Assembly (NCBI GenBank): GCA_030265395.1
Contig: JARFYF010000017.1
Coordinates: forward strand, 16,169,326 to 16,233,325
DNA length: 64,000 nt
DNA from: Rhina ancylostomus
Lineage: Eukaryota
Reading direction: 5' to 3'
Shown: piece by piece, positions 11,581 to 22,100 of the stretch
Position numbering within the stretch: position 1 is the stretch's first letter
How the letters are laid out: every line of letters starts with the position of its first letter
Translations under genes and position numbers: made by a program
Notes under the pieces: generated by a model
Seen by the model: the letters and a program-made list of their open reading frames with translations, nothing else
What the model was told of the DNA's origin: nothing
Database searches by the model: none

Positions 11581-14371
11581 CTTGATTATGGAATTGGGAT
11601 GAGCTTCCTGAATGCAACATCGTGCAGGGAACTCTGAGATGTGGCAGAGGCTACACAGAGCAGTTAGATTATCCTGAGTCTAACAATTAGGCACCTCAGT
11701 GCCCAAGAGAACTGAAATGGAAACACACCCTAAGGGAATACCCAAGAAGAAAAACTTCATTATGAATACCATGTTTAGTAAATTGGGGATTTAGGTACCA
11801 CAATAAAACATCACTCCCAACTTAAAATTTAATGTGCTACAAAAAATGTTCTACTTATGATGTTCAATGGATAATTTGATAAAAACGGGATTAGTTCCAT
11901 AAATCTTGATGTTGAAATACTAGTAAAGTCTCAAATTAAAAGAAAATTGATCATGCCTAACCACTTCAGGCTATGGTCCTGATTTAATGATATGGTGCTT
12001 TACCTATAGCACCAAGATTTAGAGCCTGTCTTTATGCTGTACCTGAAATCTAACTAATATAGTTTAGACATGTAATTAAGAGAGTTAGTTATTGCACAGT
12101 TAGAGATGAAATCAGGAAATAAGAAATTTTGGACTTCCACTGAACTGTGCTTCACAGATCATCAAAGGAATATTAGCATCTGTAACTTACCTGCACAAAG
12201 CTTGGAAATTTAATCATACCTGGAGTGTTTTATAGTAAGCGATTTGGCACAAAGAAAATTTTTCAGTATATAGAGTTTCTCTGTCAGACAATTTAACTTG
12301 CTATCATCAAATCAAAATCTTTCAATGCATATCAATAGAAGCAGTTGAATGTATTTCTAAGAAATGTCTCTGAGGATCAGCAAAGCATCAAGCAATTTGC
12401 ATTTTCACAATGTACTCTTTAATCTCCTGAGCCTCTGAAGGGTGTCTTGAGTGATAAATGTTTAATTGTTTTTTAGATTAAAGCATTTATAACTTGATAA
12501 CTTTGGAAGATTAAGTANNNNNNNNNNNNNNNNNNNNNNNNNNNNNNNNNNNNNNNNNNNNNNNNNNNNNNNNNNNNNNNNNNNNNNATTCCAGTACATT
12601 ACTATCTAACCTGGCAATTTTCATTTGTTATATTTTGATGTATTTTCATGCTTTAAAAAGGTGCATTTTATCAGTGCAGGAGACATGAAAACTTTTCACT
12701 TCTTTTCCCTCTTTGTCAGGACCAAAATCTGCTTGATACCAAGGACTTTAAAGTTTGAATAAAATCTTTGTTTCTGGTCTCTAACTATGATTCCTGGGTC
12801 TCAATGGGCAACTATAACTTTTTCTCTTTCCTGCCCAATGGTATTCTGTCATGAGTCTTTCAGATACTTTGGTTTCAAGCACAGTATCTTTCACTGTCCT
12901 AACCTATTGACCTCTGGCTCAATGCTTTTACTTTGATAGGTTGATGCCAGGTCCCACTCCAACCAGTCCTGTCAAGCTGGGACCCAGAGACTGTTTTTAA
13001 TTCTGGTGTTCTGGTCCAGGTGCCTTGTTGTACTGTAAAATGTAGAAGAGTCTTTTAGCCATGATTGCAATCGACCCAGGAAGATACAAGTTTAATGTAA
13101 AAATCATGAGGAAGGCATGGAACCCACTACTATTATTCATTGCATGGGTCTCAAGAACCTCATGAGCCTTGAGTTAGGATATGCCCCTGGGTAGAGCAGT
13201 GTTAGAGAATATTGAAATCTGCAGTGGTCTTGGACTCACTTGGTTACCTCTTTAGCTCCTATTTACCACCCTCAATAAAACATCCAACTCCTGTCTAAAA
13301 GCCTTTGACGATATGAAGGTTCTTTGGATCCAGCAAGGCCACACCTCCTCTGATACATAGGCTGTAAAAAAATACTAGAGTTGTTTCAGGCCTAAATATA
13401 GACAAAACAAAAAATTATCGAAGCAGCATGGATCATATCTATTTATATTTGTAAATGTAAAATGTATCCATGTTTGGCTTTAAGAAGTCACGAGTCAATG
13501 AAGATTATAACCATAAATAGTTTGAAGGTCAACCCAATTTATCTCCTTCATGTCAGCTTTTCCATTTTGTTTCCAACATTATTATTCCACATAATGATTT
13601 CTTTGGCAAATGGATGCATATTTAAAAAAAACTTTATTGGCAATATAGCATTTTCAAATTGAAACATTACCATCCTTGCGCAGATTGCATTCCAGTCCCC
13701 TCAGTGCATACTGGCCCAGAAGACCTCTAACAAGCCAACAAACTCTGCATGCTCCCTCTCCAGGGGCATGCAGGTACAGCCACATCCTTGGAAGGGGGGC
13801 AGACAGTTATAATTGTTCTTCTTTTAAGGTTAGTGTTCAGATCTTTTCTAGACATTCTAAAATGAGAAAAACAACTTCTCCATTAGATGACAACAGTTAT
13901 TTGGCATTCTCTCAAGGACAAATGCTGAGATAAACTTCAATGGTTGCTGGAAGATCACCAACCTGATGGCCTGCTGAAACTTGTTGGCTTTCCAGTGCCA
14001 GGAGTTGTCCACAATTGCATGCTGCAGGCTGGCACACTCCAAGGTGCAGGACTACCTGCTGCTTAGCTCAGCTGATACAAAGGTTTTGTGGGAAAAGGCC
14101 ACAAGATGGGTCCTCCCACTGATAAACATTGAGGGGCAGAGCCCTTCGTAATAATGTCACACAGTGAGGGGAGGTTGGGGATGAAACATTAGTGACATGT
14201 TGACACTTCATCACATTCCCTGTAAATATTTGCAGGGAATGTAATGAAATATTTGGAATGAAGATGAGGCAATATCTTGATGAGACAAGTGTGCATTTTA
14301 TAAATGAAGTTTTATTTTGGGAGGGGGTGGAAACAATCATCTGTATTGCAATGACAACTGTCTTCATGTGA

Positions 14372-14670
14372 AGACAGAAAATGCTGGAAGAATTCAGCTG
14401 GTTAGGCAGCATCTGTGGAAAGAAAAAGAGCTGAAGTTTCAGGTCCAGAACCCTTCATCAGATCTGAGAAAGAGAGAAACAGGTAGCAGAGTAGGTGGGG
14501 GAATCCCATTGGTGCAACAGAGGATTCTTCACTGATAGGGTGAAGTAAAGTGGCAATTAAGGGGCAGTTAAGATAAGATTAAGCATCCTGGTCTGTGTAA
14601 TGTGTTGCTCATATTTTATAGTCTGTGTTTGTCGCTCCAGATTCCAGCATCCACAGTCTCCACAGTCTGT
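14372..14670. mobile_element. Penelope-like/retrozyme-like repeat with a hammerhead ribozyme motif (14430-14464, - strand)
   Basis: The minus strand reads GAT-CTGATGA-A-GGGT-TCTGG-ACCT-GAAA-C-TTC-AGC. The flanks share the family motif GCTGGA(G/A)GAAxTCAGC...AGGCAGCATC. An inverted arm (CTCCAGATTCCAGCATC) lies near 14635-14660. Confidence 0.7.
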
Positions 14671-15429
14671 GGAATGTTGCATTTCAAGATTGGTATTGGT
14701 TTATTATTGTCGTCGGTTTATTATTGTCACGTATGGAGGTACAGTGAAAAATGTGTCTAGCATACCATTCATACAGATTAATTCATTACACAGTGCATGC
14801 AATGGTTTTCCNNNNNNNNNNNNNNNNNNNNNNNNNNNNNNNNNNNNNNNNNNNNNNNNNNNNNNNNNNNNNNNNNNNNNNNNNNNNNNNNNNNNNNNNN
14901 NNNNNNNNNNNNNNNNNNNNNNNNNNNNNNNNNNNNNNNNNNNNNNNNNNNNNNNNNNNNNNNNNNNNNNNNNNNNNNNNNNNNNNNNNNNNNNNNNNNN
15001 NNNNNNNNNNNNNNNNNNNNNNNNNNNNNNNNNNNNNNNNNNNNNNNNNNNNNNNNNNNNNNNNNNNNNNNNNNNNNNNNNNNNNNNNNNNNNNNNNNNN
15101 NNNNNNNNNNNNNNNNNNNNNNNNNNNNNNNNNNNNNNNNNNNNNNNNNNNNNNNNNNNNNNNNNNNNNNNNNNNNNNNNNNNNNNNNNNNNNNNNNNNN
15201 NNNNNNNNNNNNNNNCTGCGTCTCTTCCCCCAGATGCTGCCTGTCCCGCTGAGTATTTCCAGCATTGTCTGCTTTTATTTTAGATTTCCAGCATCTACTG
15301 TTGTTTCTTGATTTTCCCACTGTCATTTCACACGTTTTGAAGAGATCTGTTCTGTATCTATTAATTTGTTTCCCGTATGAAATTGGCCTTTACGAAAAGT
15401 GAGAAGACGGATAAGAAATTGGTCCAGGA

Positions 15430-16480
15430 AATGTACAGCTCCGTCTATTTGTCGCTCTTCGTAGTAAGTGTGCTCAAGGAACGATGCATGTATTCAGGTG
15501 GAAATCAAAAGGTGCACCGCTCTTTCACTGGAAAGGCACCACCCTCGGGGCTCGCGTCTTGCGGGGTGCAATCTCCTGCCTGTCGCGGCAGAACCTTCCG
15601 CCACTTCCCGGCCACTGTTGGCTCCGTGCCCGTCACGGACTGGTTCAGAGCGGAATATCAACATCGCGCAAAAAATAAACAGTCGCATGCTTAAGGAATG
15701 AAAGTGACAAAGAGATGTCTCAGCGCTTTTGTTTACGCTTATAGTGAACTTTCTCCGGGAGTATCTGAATGGAGTTAAATCAAAGGGATTTGCAACCGAA
15801 GAGTGTTGTTGGGTCCCGTCTGATTACTGCTACCACATTGGGAGCGCATTTGCCCCTGGTCGGTTCGTCCCACTGCCCTGCCTTTGAGGAGAACCTCCGG
15901 AACAGTGCGACAGCTCAACAAAGTTTCATCTGCGACTGGCCACACACTGTAAACGCTGGACTCCAGTCCTGTCCATTCAAACGCCACGCCCAGCCTGTGC
16001 CTGCTTCAGCCGGAGTGCGCTTGAGTGTGTGGCCCTTCTCCCCGGCGGACGGCGACCAGCCCTATCTCTGTCTACCACCTNNNNNNNNNNNNNNCTGGGA
16101 GCCCAGTAAACTGGCAATGAGCGAGGAGGATCCCCGCGTAACGGCGCGATTCGCTTTGAAGACTGCCCCCTACAATGAGTTGGTATCAGCGTCATGCTTT
16201 GAATCCTTGTATTTTCGCGAAGACTGGGGTGAAGCAAAGGCGTCTACAATTGAAGCCCGATATCAGGGGAAGTCTTTGCTGATATTAAACTTTGATTGTG
16301 GGAGTTCGTGGCTCCAGTTTGCTGAAACGGGCAAGAGATCGTCCTGTGGCTTTTAACATCGGATTAAACTGCTTCCAAAGTGACGGTAAGTTTCGTGACT
16401 GGATGTCCTTTCTCCGCGTGGTCTTTAGTTCATTATTTTCGCTGCTAATTCATGATTAGAATCGCCTGCTAACAGCTCCT
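15430..16480 (+). promoter_or_regulatory. KCNG4: CpG-rich promoter / non-coding first exon of KCNG4; splice donor at 16385/16386
   Basis: CpG density rises sharply against a CpG-poor background. There is a strong donor GACG|GTAAGT at 16385/16386, upstream of the acceptor at 17214/17215. The transcription start cannot be placed. Confidence 0.6.
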
Positions 16481-17214
16481 GGATGTCTCAGACCAGCCTC
16501 TCCCTTCACCGGCTCTGGCGCGCTTACTTCCATGCCAGCTAGGTGAGTTTGAAAGCTTCCCACCAACATGACAGGGAGGAGAGAGGAGGCTGTTCCCAAC
16601 AGCAGCTTGCTCCTTTATCCTCCGTGAACCATGATAATCAGGAGCTATCCGAAACTGCAAGGCACTCACGACCTGAAATTTTCGAACCAGTAATCCAGTT
16701 ATGCCCAGTTTAATATTTAAGTCCCATTTCAATTTGCAACCCAGGGGTAAGAGATGTTGAGCGCACCCAGTGATTTTTCACTGTGGGTATGGTGAATGCC
16801 AGATCTACACTAGGAAGTTAGATTATTCCCTACCAAGCACATACTTCACTGGTAAACTCCAAGCCATCGAAGGAAGGGGACGTGGGCTCAGTAGGGGTAA
16901 TGAACGCTTAGAGCAATTAAGGCAGGTTTCAAAAGTTGAAGCTCGGCTTGCCACTTTTGAGATTCAGTGGAAGTGGGACGTATATCAATGAAAGAAAAAT
17001 ACAGAGAGGCACTTAGAAAGTGTTGAAAACGCTCGACAATCAACGCTTCAGGTCGAGGACCTTCGGTTCTACTGTAAGTCTCTGCCACGGGACATTGTGT
17101 CCCCTTCTGAATAAGTCAATGCTTCTTGTTATATCGAAGTGTTCCGCGTTGGCTCTGACTATTGATTTTAAAGGCGCACAAATGTCTCCATGTAACCGTC
17201 TTCTTTCTGCACAG

Positions 17215-17244
17215 ATGACTTTGCCGCCCTCTGTAACGCACTGA
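17215..17244 (+). other. 9-codon upstream ORF (MTLPPSVTH*) at the start of the KCNG4 ATG-containing exon
   Basis: Acceptor TCTTCTTTCTGCACAG|ATGACT. The TGA ends at 17244, 7 nt before the main ATG at 17252, and the uORF is out of frame with it. Confidence 0.6.
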
Positions 17245-17251
17245 TTCCACC

Positions 17252-18004
17252 ATGCCCATCATTTCTCGAAGCAACGAAAACGACTACAGTAACCTGAGCG
17301 ACTCGTCGTGTAGTACCTTGAATCAGATTGCTCCCTTAATTCACGCCGAAACTTCTCCTGTCAAAGGAGCCTTCTATCGCCGTTCGGGAAGGATCCGCCG
17401 TGCAAATCAGCTGAGCCAAACAGAGCAGAAGCAAAACATCATCCTCAACGTGGGGGGAACCAAGTATTTGGTGCCTTGGCTAACTTTGGATGAGTTCCCA
17501 CTTACAAGACTTGGGAGATTAAAGTTTTGCCGCAACTATGAAGAAATCGTGCAGATCTGCGACGATTACGACGAGTCCTCCAACGAGTATTTCTTTGATC
17601 GGAACCCGTGCGCTTTCCGCATGATCATCACCTTCATTTCTGCGGGCAAACTGCGGCTTTTGAGAGAGATGTGTGCCCTGTCATTCCAAGAAGAGCTCGT
17701 TTACTGGGGGATAGAGGAGGCCAAACTGGAGGCCTGTTGCCGCAGGAAGCTCGTTCAGAGAGTCCGAGAGGTGGCCAAGATCAGGAGAGGAGAGGAGACT
17801 GAGGTGGAGGAGGAGGAAGTCGATGTTCTGGTTGCGAGCGGCAAATTGGGTTACTATATGGGCAAACTGCGAGATATGGTGGAGAATCCTCAGTCAGGAC
17901 TGCCTGGGAAAGTGTTTGCCTGTCTCTCCATTATATTCGTCACTATCACAGTAGTTAGTCTTTGCATTGGTACAATGCCAGACTTAAGGTCAGAAGAAGA
18001 CCGG
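17252..18004 (+). CDS. KCNG4: Voltage-gated K+ channel modifier subfamily G member 4 (Kv6.4), coding exon 1 (T1/BTB domain and S1), 251 codons
   Basis: Kozak CCACCATG. Motifs NVGG, YEEIVQICDDYDE, EYFFDRNP, EMCALSFQEEL, MVENPQSGLPGKVFACLS and TMPDLRSEED. Phase-0 donor CGG|GTAAGT at 18004/18005. ENPQSG, EEIVQ and MPDLR match KCNG4 better than KCNG1 or KCNG2 (from recalled sequences). Confidence 0.93.
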
Positions 18005-18780
18005 GTAAGTCCCCTGATTTCAAAAATGCCCTCTCATTATATTTTGAAGTCCCACTGGTTCTTTATACCAATGGCGAGAAACTTCTTATAAATCTATATA
18101 GTTGCAGCATTTTAACATCTGGGTCACATAATAACTTCTTTTCTATTGAATGAATAACAACATAGTCAAATCCCAATAACGAAGTTGTCTGGTCTTTTCA
18201 GAGAGTGACCTAGGCAAATAATGTATAGATTGGAAATGTATTTGACAACTATGGTCACTATAAGCCCACCTACAATCTCATTAACCATTACTGTAATGGA
18301 ATTTTCTTTGTCTACAAATTGGGCCAATTTGCATACATTTTGTTTGTGCAAATTGTACATAAAAGTGGTTCTCTGCATGTGAGATCGTTGTTGGTTTGTG
18401 TCGCTCCAGTCGTGAAATTGGCCCGGGCACTTTGTAAGTGTGTCTGTGTATCCCTGTGTGTGCGTATAAAAGAGGGAAAGGGAGAGAGATTCACACAGGT
18501 GATGTTTGCCTTGTGTCAGTCACGCAGTTAATGATGTCATAGGTTGGGCACCACACATTTCCTCTACAGTTGGTAGAAACTGGGACTTGTGAAGGAAACC
18601 TATAACCTTGGTTACTGGCACAAATTCTAGCAGCACATTGCCCAGGGTCTCTGACCGACATGGAACTAAAAGGCCTGCATGGTCACTCTGATACCCTGCA
18701 CTTGGCATCTCCCAGTCTCATTGTTTTATGACTAGCATTGCAGAGAATTAATCAATAGTGTTCTGATCACAACACTTTTG

Positions 18781-18850
18781 TGTCATGGTTCTGAGTTCTG
18801 GTCCTCAATTTGGCTCCATTAATGCCTTGTTGTCCAGCACATGGATTCCA
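18781..18850 (+). repeat. 70-bp dispersed repeat end, copy 1 (copy 2 at 41039-41108)
   Basis: TGTCATGGTTCTGAGTTCTGG(T/C)CCTCAATTTGGCTCCATTAATGCCTTGTTGTCCAGCACATGGATTCCA, with one mismatch between copies. Both copies run into N gaps. Confidence 0.9.
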
Positions 18851-19389
18851 TGNNNNNNNNNNNNNNNNNNNNNNNNNNNNNNNNNNNNNNNNNNNNNNNN
18901 NNNNNNNNNNNNNNNNNNNNNNNNNNNNNNNNNNNNNNNNNNNNNNNNNNNNNNNNNNNNNNNNNNNNNNNNNNNNNNNNNNNNNNNNNNNNNNNNNNNN
19001 NNNNNNNNNNNNNNNNNNNNNNNNNNNNNNNNNNNNNNNNNNNNNNNNNNNNNNNNNNNNNNNNNNNNNNNNNNNNNNNNNNNNNNNNNNNNNNNNNNNN
19101 NNNNNNNNNNNNNNNNNNNNNNNNNNNNNNNNNNNNNNNNNNNNNNNNNNNNNNNNNNNNNNNNNNNNNNNNNNNNNNNNNNNNNNNNNNNNNNNNNNNN
19201 NNNNNNNNNNNNNNNNNNNNNNNNNNNNNNNNNNNNNTAACAGTCCTTTAAATATATTTTTGCCCAAAATATTTTTTTCAGGCAATCTGAGTGAGCATTA
19301 ATGCTATATACAGCATATGTTTAGTGCACGAAAACAGAGTGAGATCTAATTTCTAAACACCAGACTCTAACACCACTTGCTTTAATAAG

Positions 19390-19812
19390 AATCCTTGCTT
19401 CTGAGTCAAACGAAATGAGTCCATCATTAAGCACCCTCACCACCCAGGACATGCCCTCTTCACGGTATTACCATCGGGGAGGTGGTACAGGAGCCTGAAG
19501 ACCCAGACTCAACATTTCAGGAACAGCTTCTTCCCCTCTGCCATCAGATTTCTAAACAGTCCATGAACCGATGAACACTACCTCATTATTCCTCTTTTGC
19601 ACTATTTATTTATTTTTGTAAGTTATAGTAATTTTTATGTCTTTATGTCTTGCATTGTACTGCTGCCACAAAAACAACACATTTCAGGGTGTATGTCAGT
19701 GATAATAAACCTGATTCTGATTCTGAAGGCTAGCATTGCAAGTCCTGCTCCAGAGTCTTGAACATGAAATCTAGGTGGATGTTTTGGTGCAGTGCTGAGG
19801 GAATGTTGCCCC
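19390..19812 (+). mobile_element. Deu-domain (SacSINE1-like) SINE interrupted by a Rex1/Babar 3' fragment (about 19418-19725)
   Basis: The SINE head CTTGCTTCTGAGTCA resumes as GAAGG...AAGTCCTGCTCCAGAGTCTTGAACATGAAATCTAGG...GTGCAGTGCTGAGGGAATG after the LINE tail AATAAACCTGATTCTGATTCT. Confidence 0.55.
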
Positions 19813-19829
19813 ATGAGTCACCCCCACAA

Positions 19830-20275
19830 TGGCACTGCAGGTACTGATGCTGCGCTACAGCTCCAATGATCAGGTTTCAGTTTGACTTCCAATGCTGTCT
19901 TCGCGAAGTTTGCATGTTGTCCAGTAGGGGGTTTCCTTATGGGAGCTCTGGTTTCCTCCCACATCCAAAAGACTTGCTACTTGTTAGGTGAGCTGACAAC
20001 TGTAAATTCCCCCCTTGTGTGGGTGAGTAGTAGGAGAGGGGAAGGGTGTTCATGGGCATTCGAGAGAGATTAAGNNNNNNNNNNNNNNNNNNNNNNNNNN
20101 NNNNNNNNNNNNNNNNNNNNNNNNNNNNNNNNNNNNNNNNNNNNNNNNNNNNNNNNNNNNNNNNNNNNNNNNNNCGAGAGAGATTAAGCTGCAGAGAAAT
20201 AAGTAGGGCAGTGGGACTAATGGGATTGCTCTGAGACCTGGCACAGACGTTGGTCTGAATGACTTCCACCTATGC
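19830..20275 (+). mobile_element. Older V-domain SINE
   Basis: GCTCTGGTTTCCTCCCACATCCAAAAGAC core; contains a 100-N gap. Confidence 0.65.
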
Positions 20276-21284
20276 AATAAGGAAAGATGAGAAATGAGAA
20301 AGTGCACTCTTGTCTGGCTATCCATCTCAATGTTTATAAGGCCTTGTGCCTCAATCCTTTGTATAAGGCCATGTACAGGAATTTAAATTTGCTGGCTTTT
20401 GGAGGGCATACATGCACGTTCTTAATGTTGTGGGGTGAAGGTGTGGGCATGTATGCGCAAAGCCACCAATTTGGATTAGATGTGCTCTGCCCCTCCCTCC
20501 ATCACTTCCATCCTACCCTTGTGCTTCATTACAACAGTGACTGCACATTATAAATGCTTCATTGGTGAGAAACATCCCCTATTTTAAATATTCCCTATTT
20601 CTTCTTAGTTCAAAATGTGTAGACATTTCAACTGAACAAAATTAGATGTTGAGAAATAAATTTATCATAAAACTGAATACTTTAATATGAAGATACCAAA
20701 TTAGATTTTGATATTTCAAGATAAATGCTGTACAATAAAAGTTGGAAATTTGCAGGCAGAGCTCAAACGAAACTGTGCCATACATTAATCAGCCCAAGTA
20801 AGAGAAATTCAAATTAGGATAGATTAATGGGCAAATATGAAGCTTTTAATAAACTTTTCTTTTGAAGAACTTCTGAACCCTTGGTCCAAACAGATAGACT
20901 TCAGAGTTATTTAAGATTTGCACCTTTGACCAAATCTGTCCTCCTTCAATCCTTTGTCAGATTAATGCCCATCAGATTAAAACAGAGAGAGATTTATCAG
21001 AGCTTAAGCTTGCAATGGAAGTTTAATCGAGATTGACCAAACTGTTTTCATTTTGAACTATTAACACTGCACAAAGATAGAACACTTTAATGTTATCTGC
21101 CCTTGACACAATTGACCAAGTTCTAACAAAGACAGCTGCCCATGTGTACTCCAGTTTTCATTTAGGAGTAATTTGAGTTATTCTGGATGAATGAGAAACA
21201 TTATTGATTTTTTTTAAATGTATCTTAGAGTGTCTTCCTTGATGAGGGAGCATAAATCTAACAATTTTAGCCATGCCACAGTTG

Positions 21285-21420
21285 AGACTGGAATCTGGAG
21301 CAAAAAACAAGCTGCTGGAGCAACTCAGAACATAGAGTCTTGTTGAAAGGTCTCAACCAAAATGTCCACTGGCAATTTCCATCTACTGATGCTACCTGAT
21401 TCAGCAGCTCATTTTTGTTT
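21285..21420. mobile_element. Degenerate copy of the hammerhead-bearing repeat
   Basis: GGAATCTGGAGCAAAAAACAAGCTGCTGGAGCAACTCAG left arm, then TTGTTGA-AAGG-TCTC-AACC-AAAA-TGTC as a decayed core. Confidence 0.55.
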
Positions 21421-21842
21421 CATGCCACATGTAGACAGAAAACTTTAATGATTTTCATAAACAACCCAAAGAGAAGTCTTGACCACTTCCTCAAGGTAGT
21501 ATTATTTGGCCACATGCATGCTAAAGTTTACTTGTTTTGGCAATTGCATTTTTCTGCTTGATGTGATTTTGCCTTTATACAAACCAAGTTGTTCAGGGCA
21601 ATGTTTCTTTCAAAGTTGGTTCATACCTAAAGTATTGAAAATGTTTTAATGGCACAACATAATCAAAGTAGCTTTGTTAATGGTGAAGTCATACTGTAGG
21701 GGCAGATTTGTTTCCCCTTCTATTTTTGAGGCAGAAAATACAATCCAATTAATTTTGATAATTGGAACACATGCAAAGCTCTGAACCCCGATCTTTGATA
21801 AGTTATTTCAATGAGCTTAAAAAAGTGCTGGCTAGCATGCCA

Positions 21843-22100
21843 GATGGAGTCACAAGAGACTGCAGCCAACACACAAAGAGCTGGAGGAACTCAGCAGGTT
21901 AGGCAGCATCAATGGAGGGAAATGGGCAGTCAACATTTTGGGTCAAGACCCTTCACCAGGACTTAACAGTTCAGGCAGCATCTATAGAGGGGAAACTGAG
22001 AGTCAACGTTATGAAGGCTCTTGACCCGAAATGTTGACTAGCCATTTCCTTCTATAGACGTCGCCTGACCTGCTGAGTTCCTCCAGCGCTTTGTGTTTTA
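21843..22100. mobile_element. Penelope-like/retrozyme-like inverted-repeat insertion with two hammerhead-derived motifs and a 12-bp TSD
   Basis: GCTAGCATGCCA is duplicated at 21831-21842 and 22101-22112. The arms GCTGGAGGAACTCAGCAGGT and ACCTGCTGAGTTCCTCCAGC are inverted. The motifs lie at 21928-21963 (-) and 22011-22039 (+). Confidence 0.8.

Noticed and set aside
16026-16047. RE1/NRSE-like motif TTCTCCCCGGCGGACGGCGAC
   Set aside because: The left half-site has too many mismatches to TTCAGCACC.
15769-16356. 195-aa ORF in the CpG-rich region as a separate gene
   Set aside because: No recognisable domain; stop-poor GC-rich promoter/UTR DNA explains it.
18005-18091. ORF track extends KCNG4 exon 1 to 279 aa (VSPLISK...)
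   Set aside because: This is read-through into the intron past a canonical GTAAGT donor; homology stops at EEDR.
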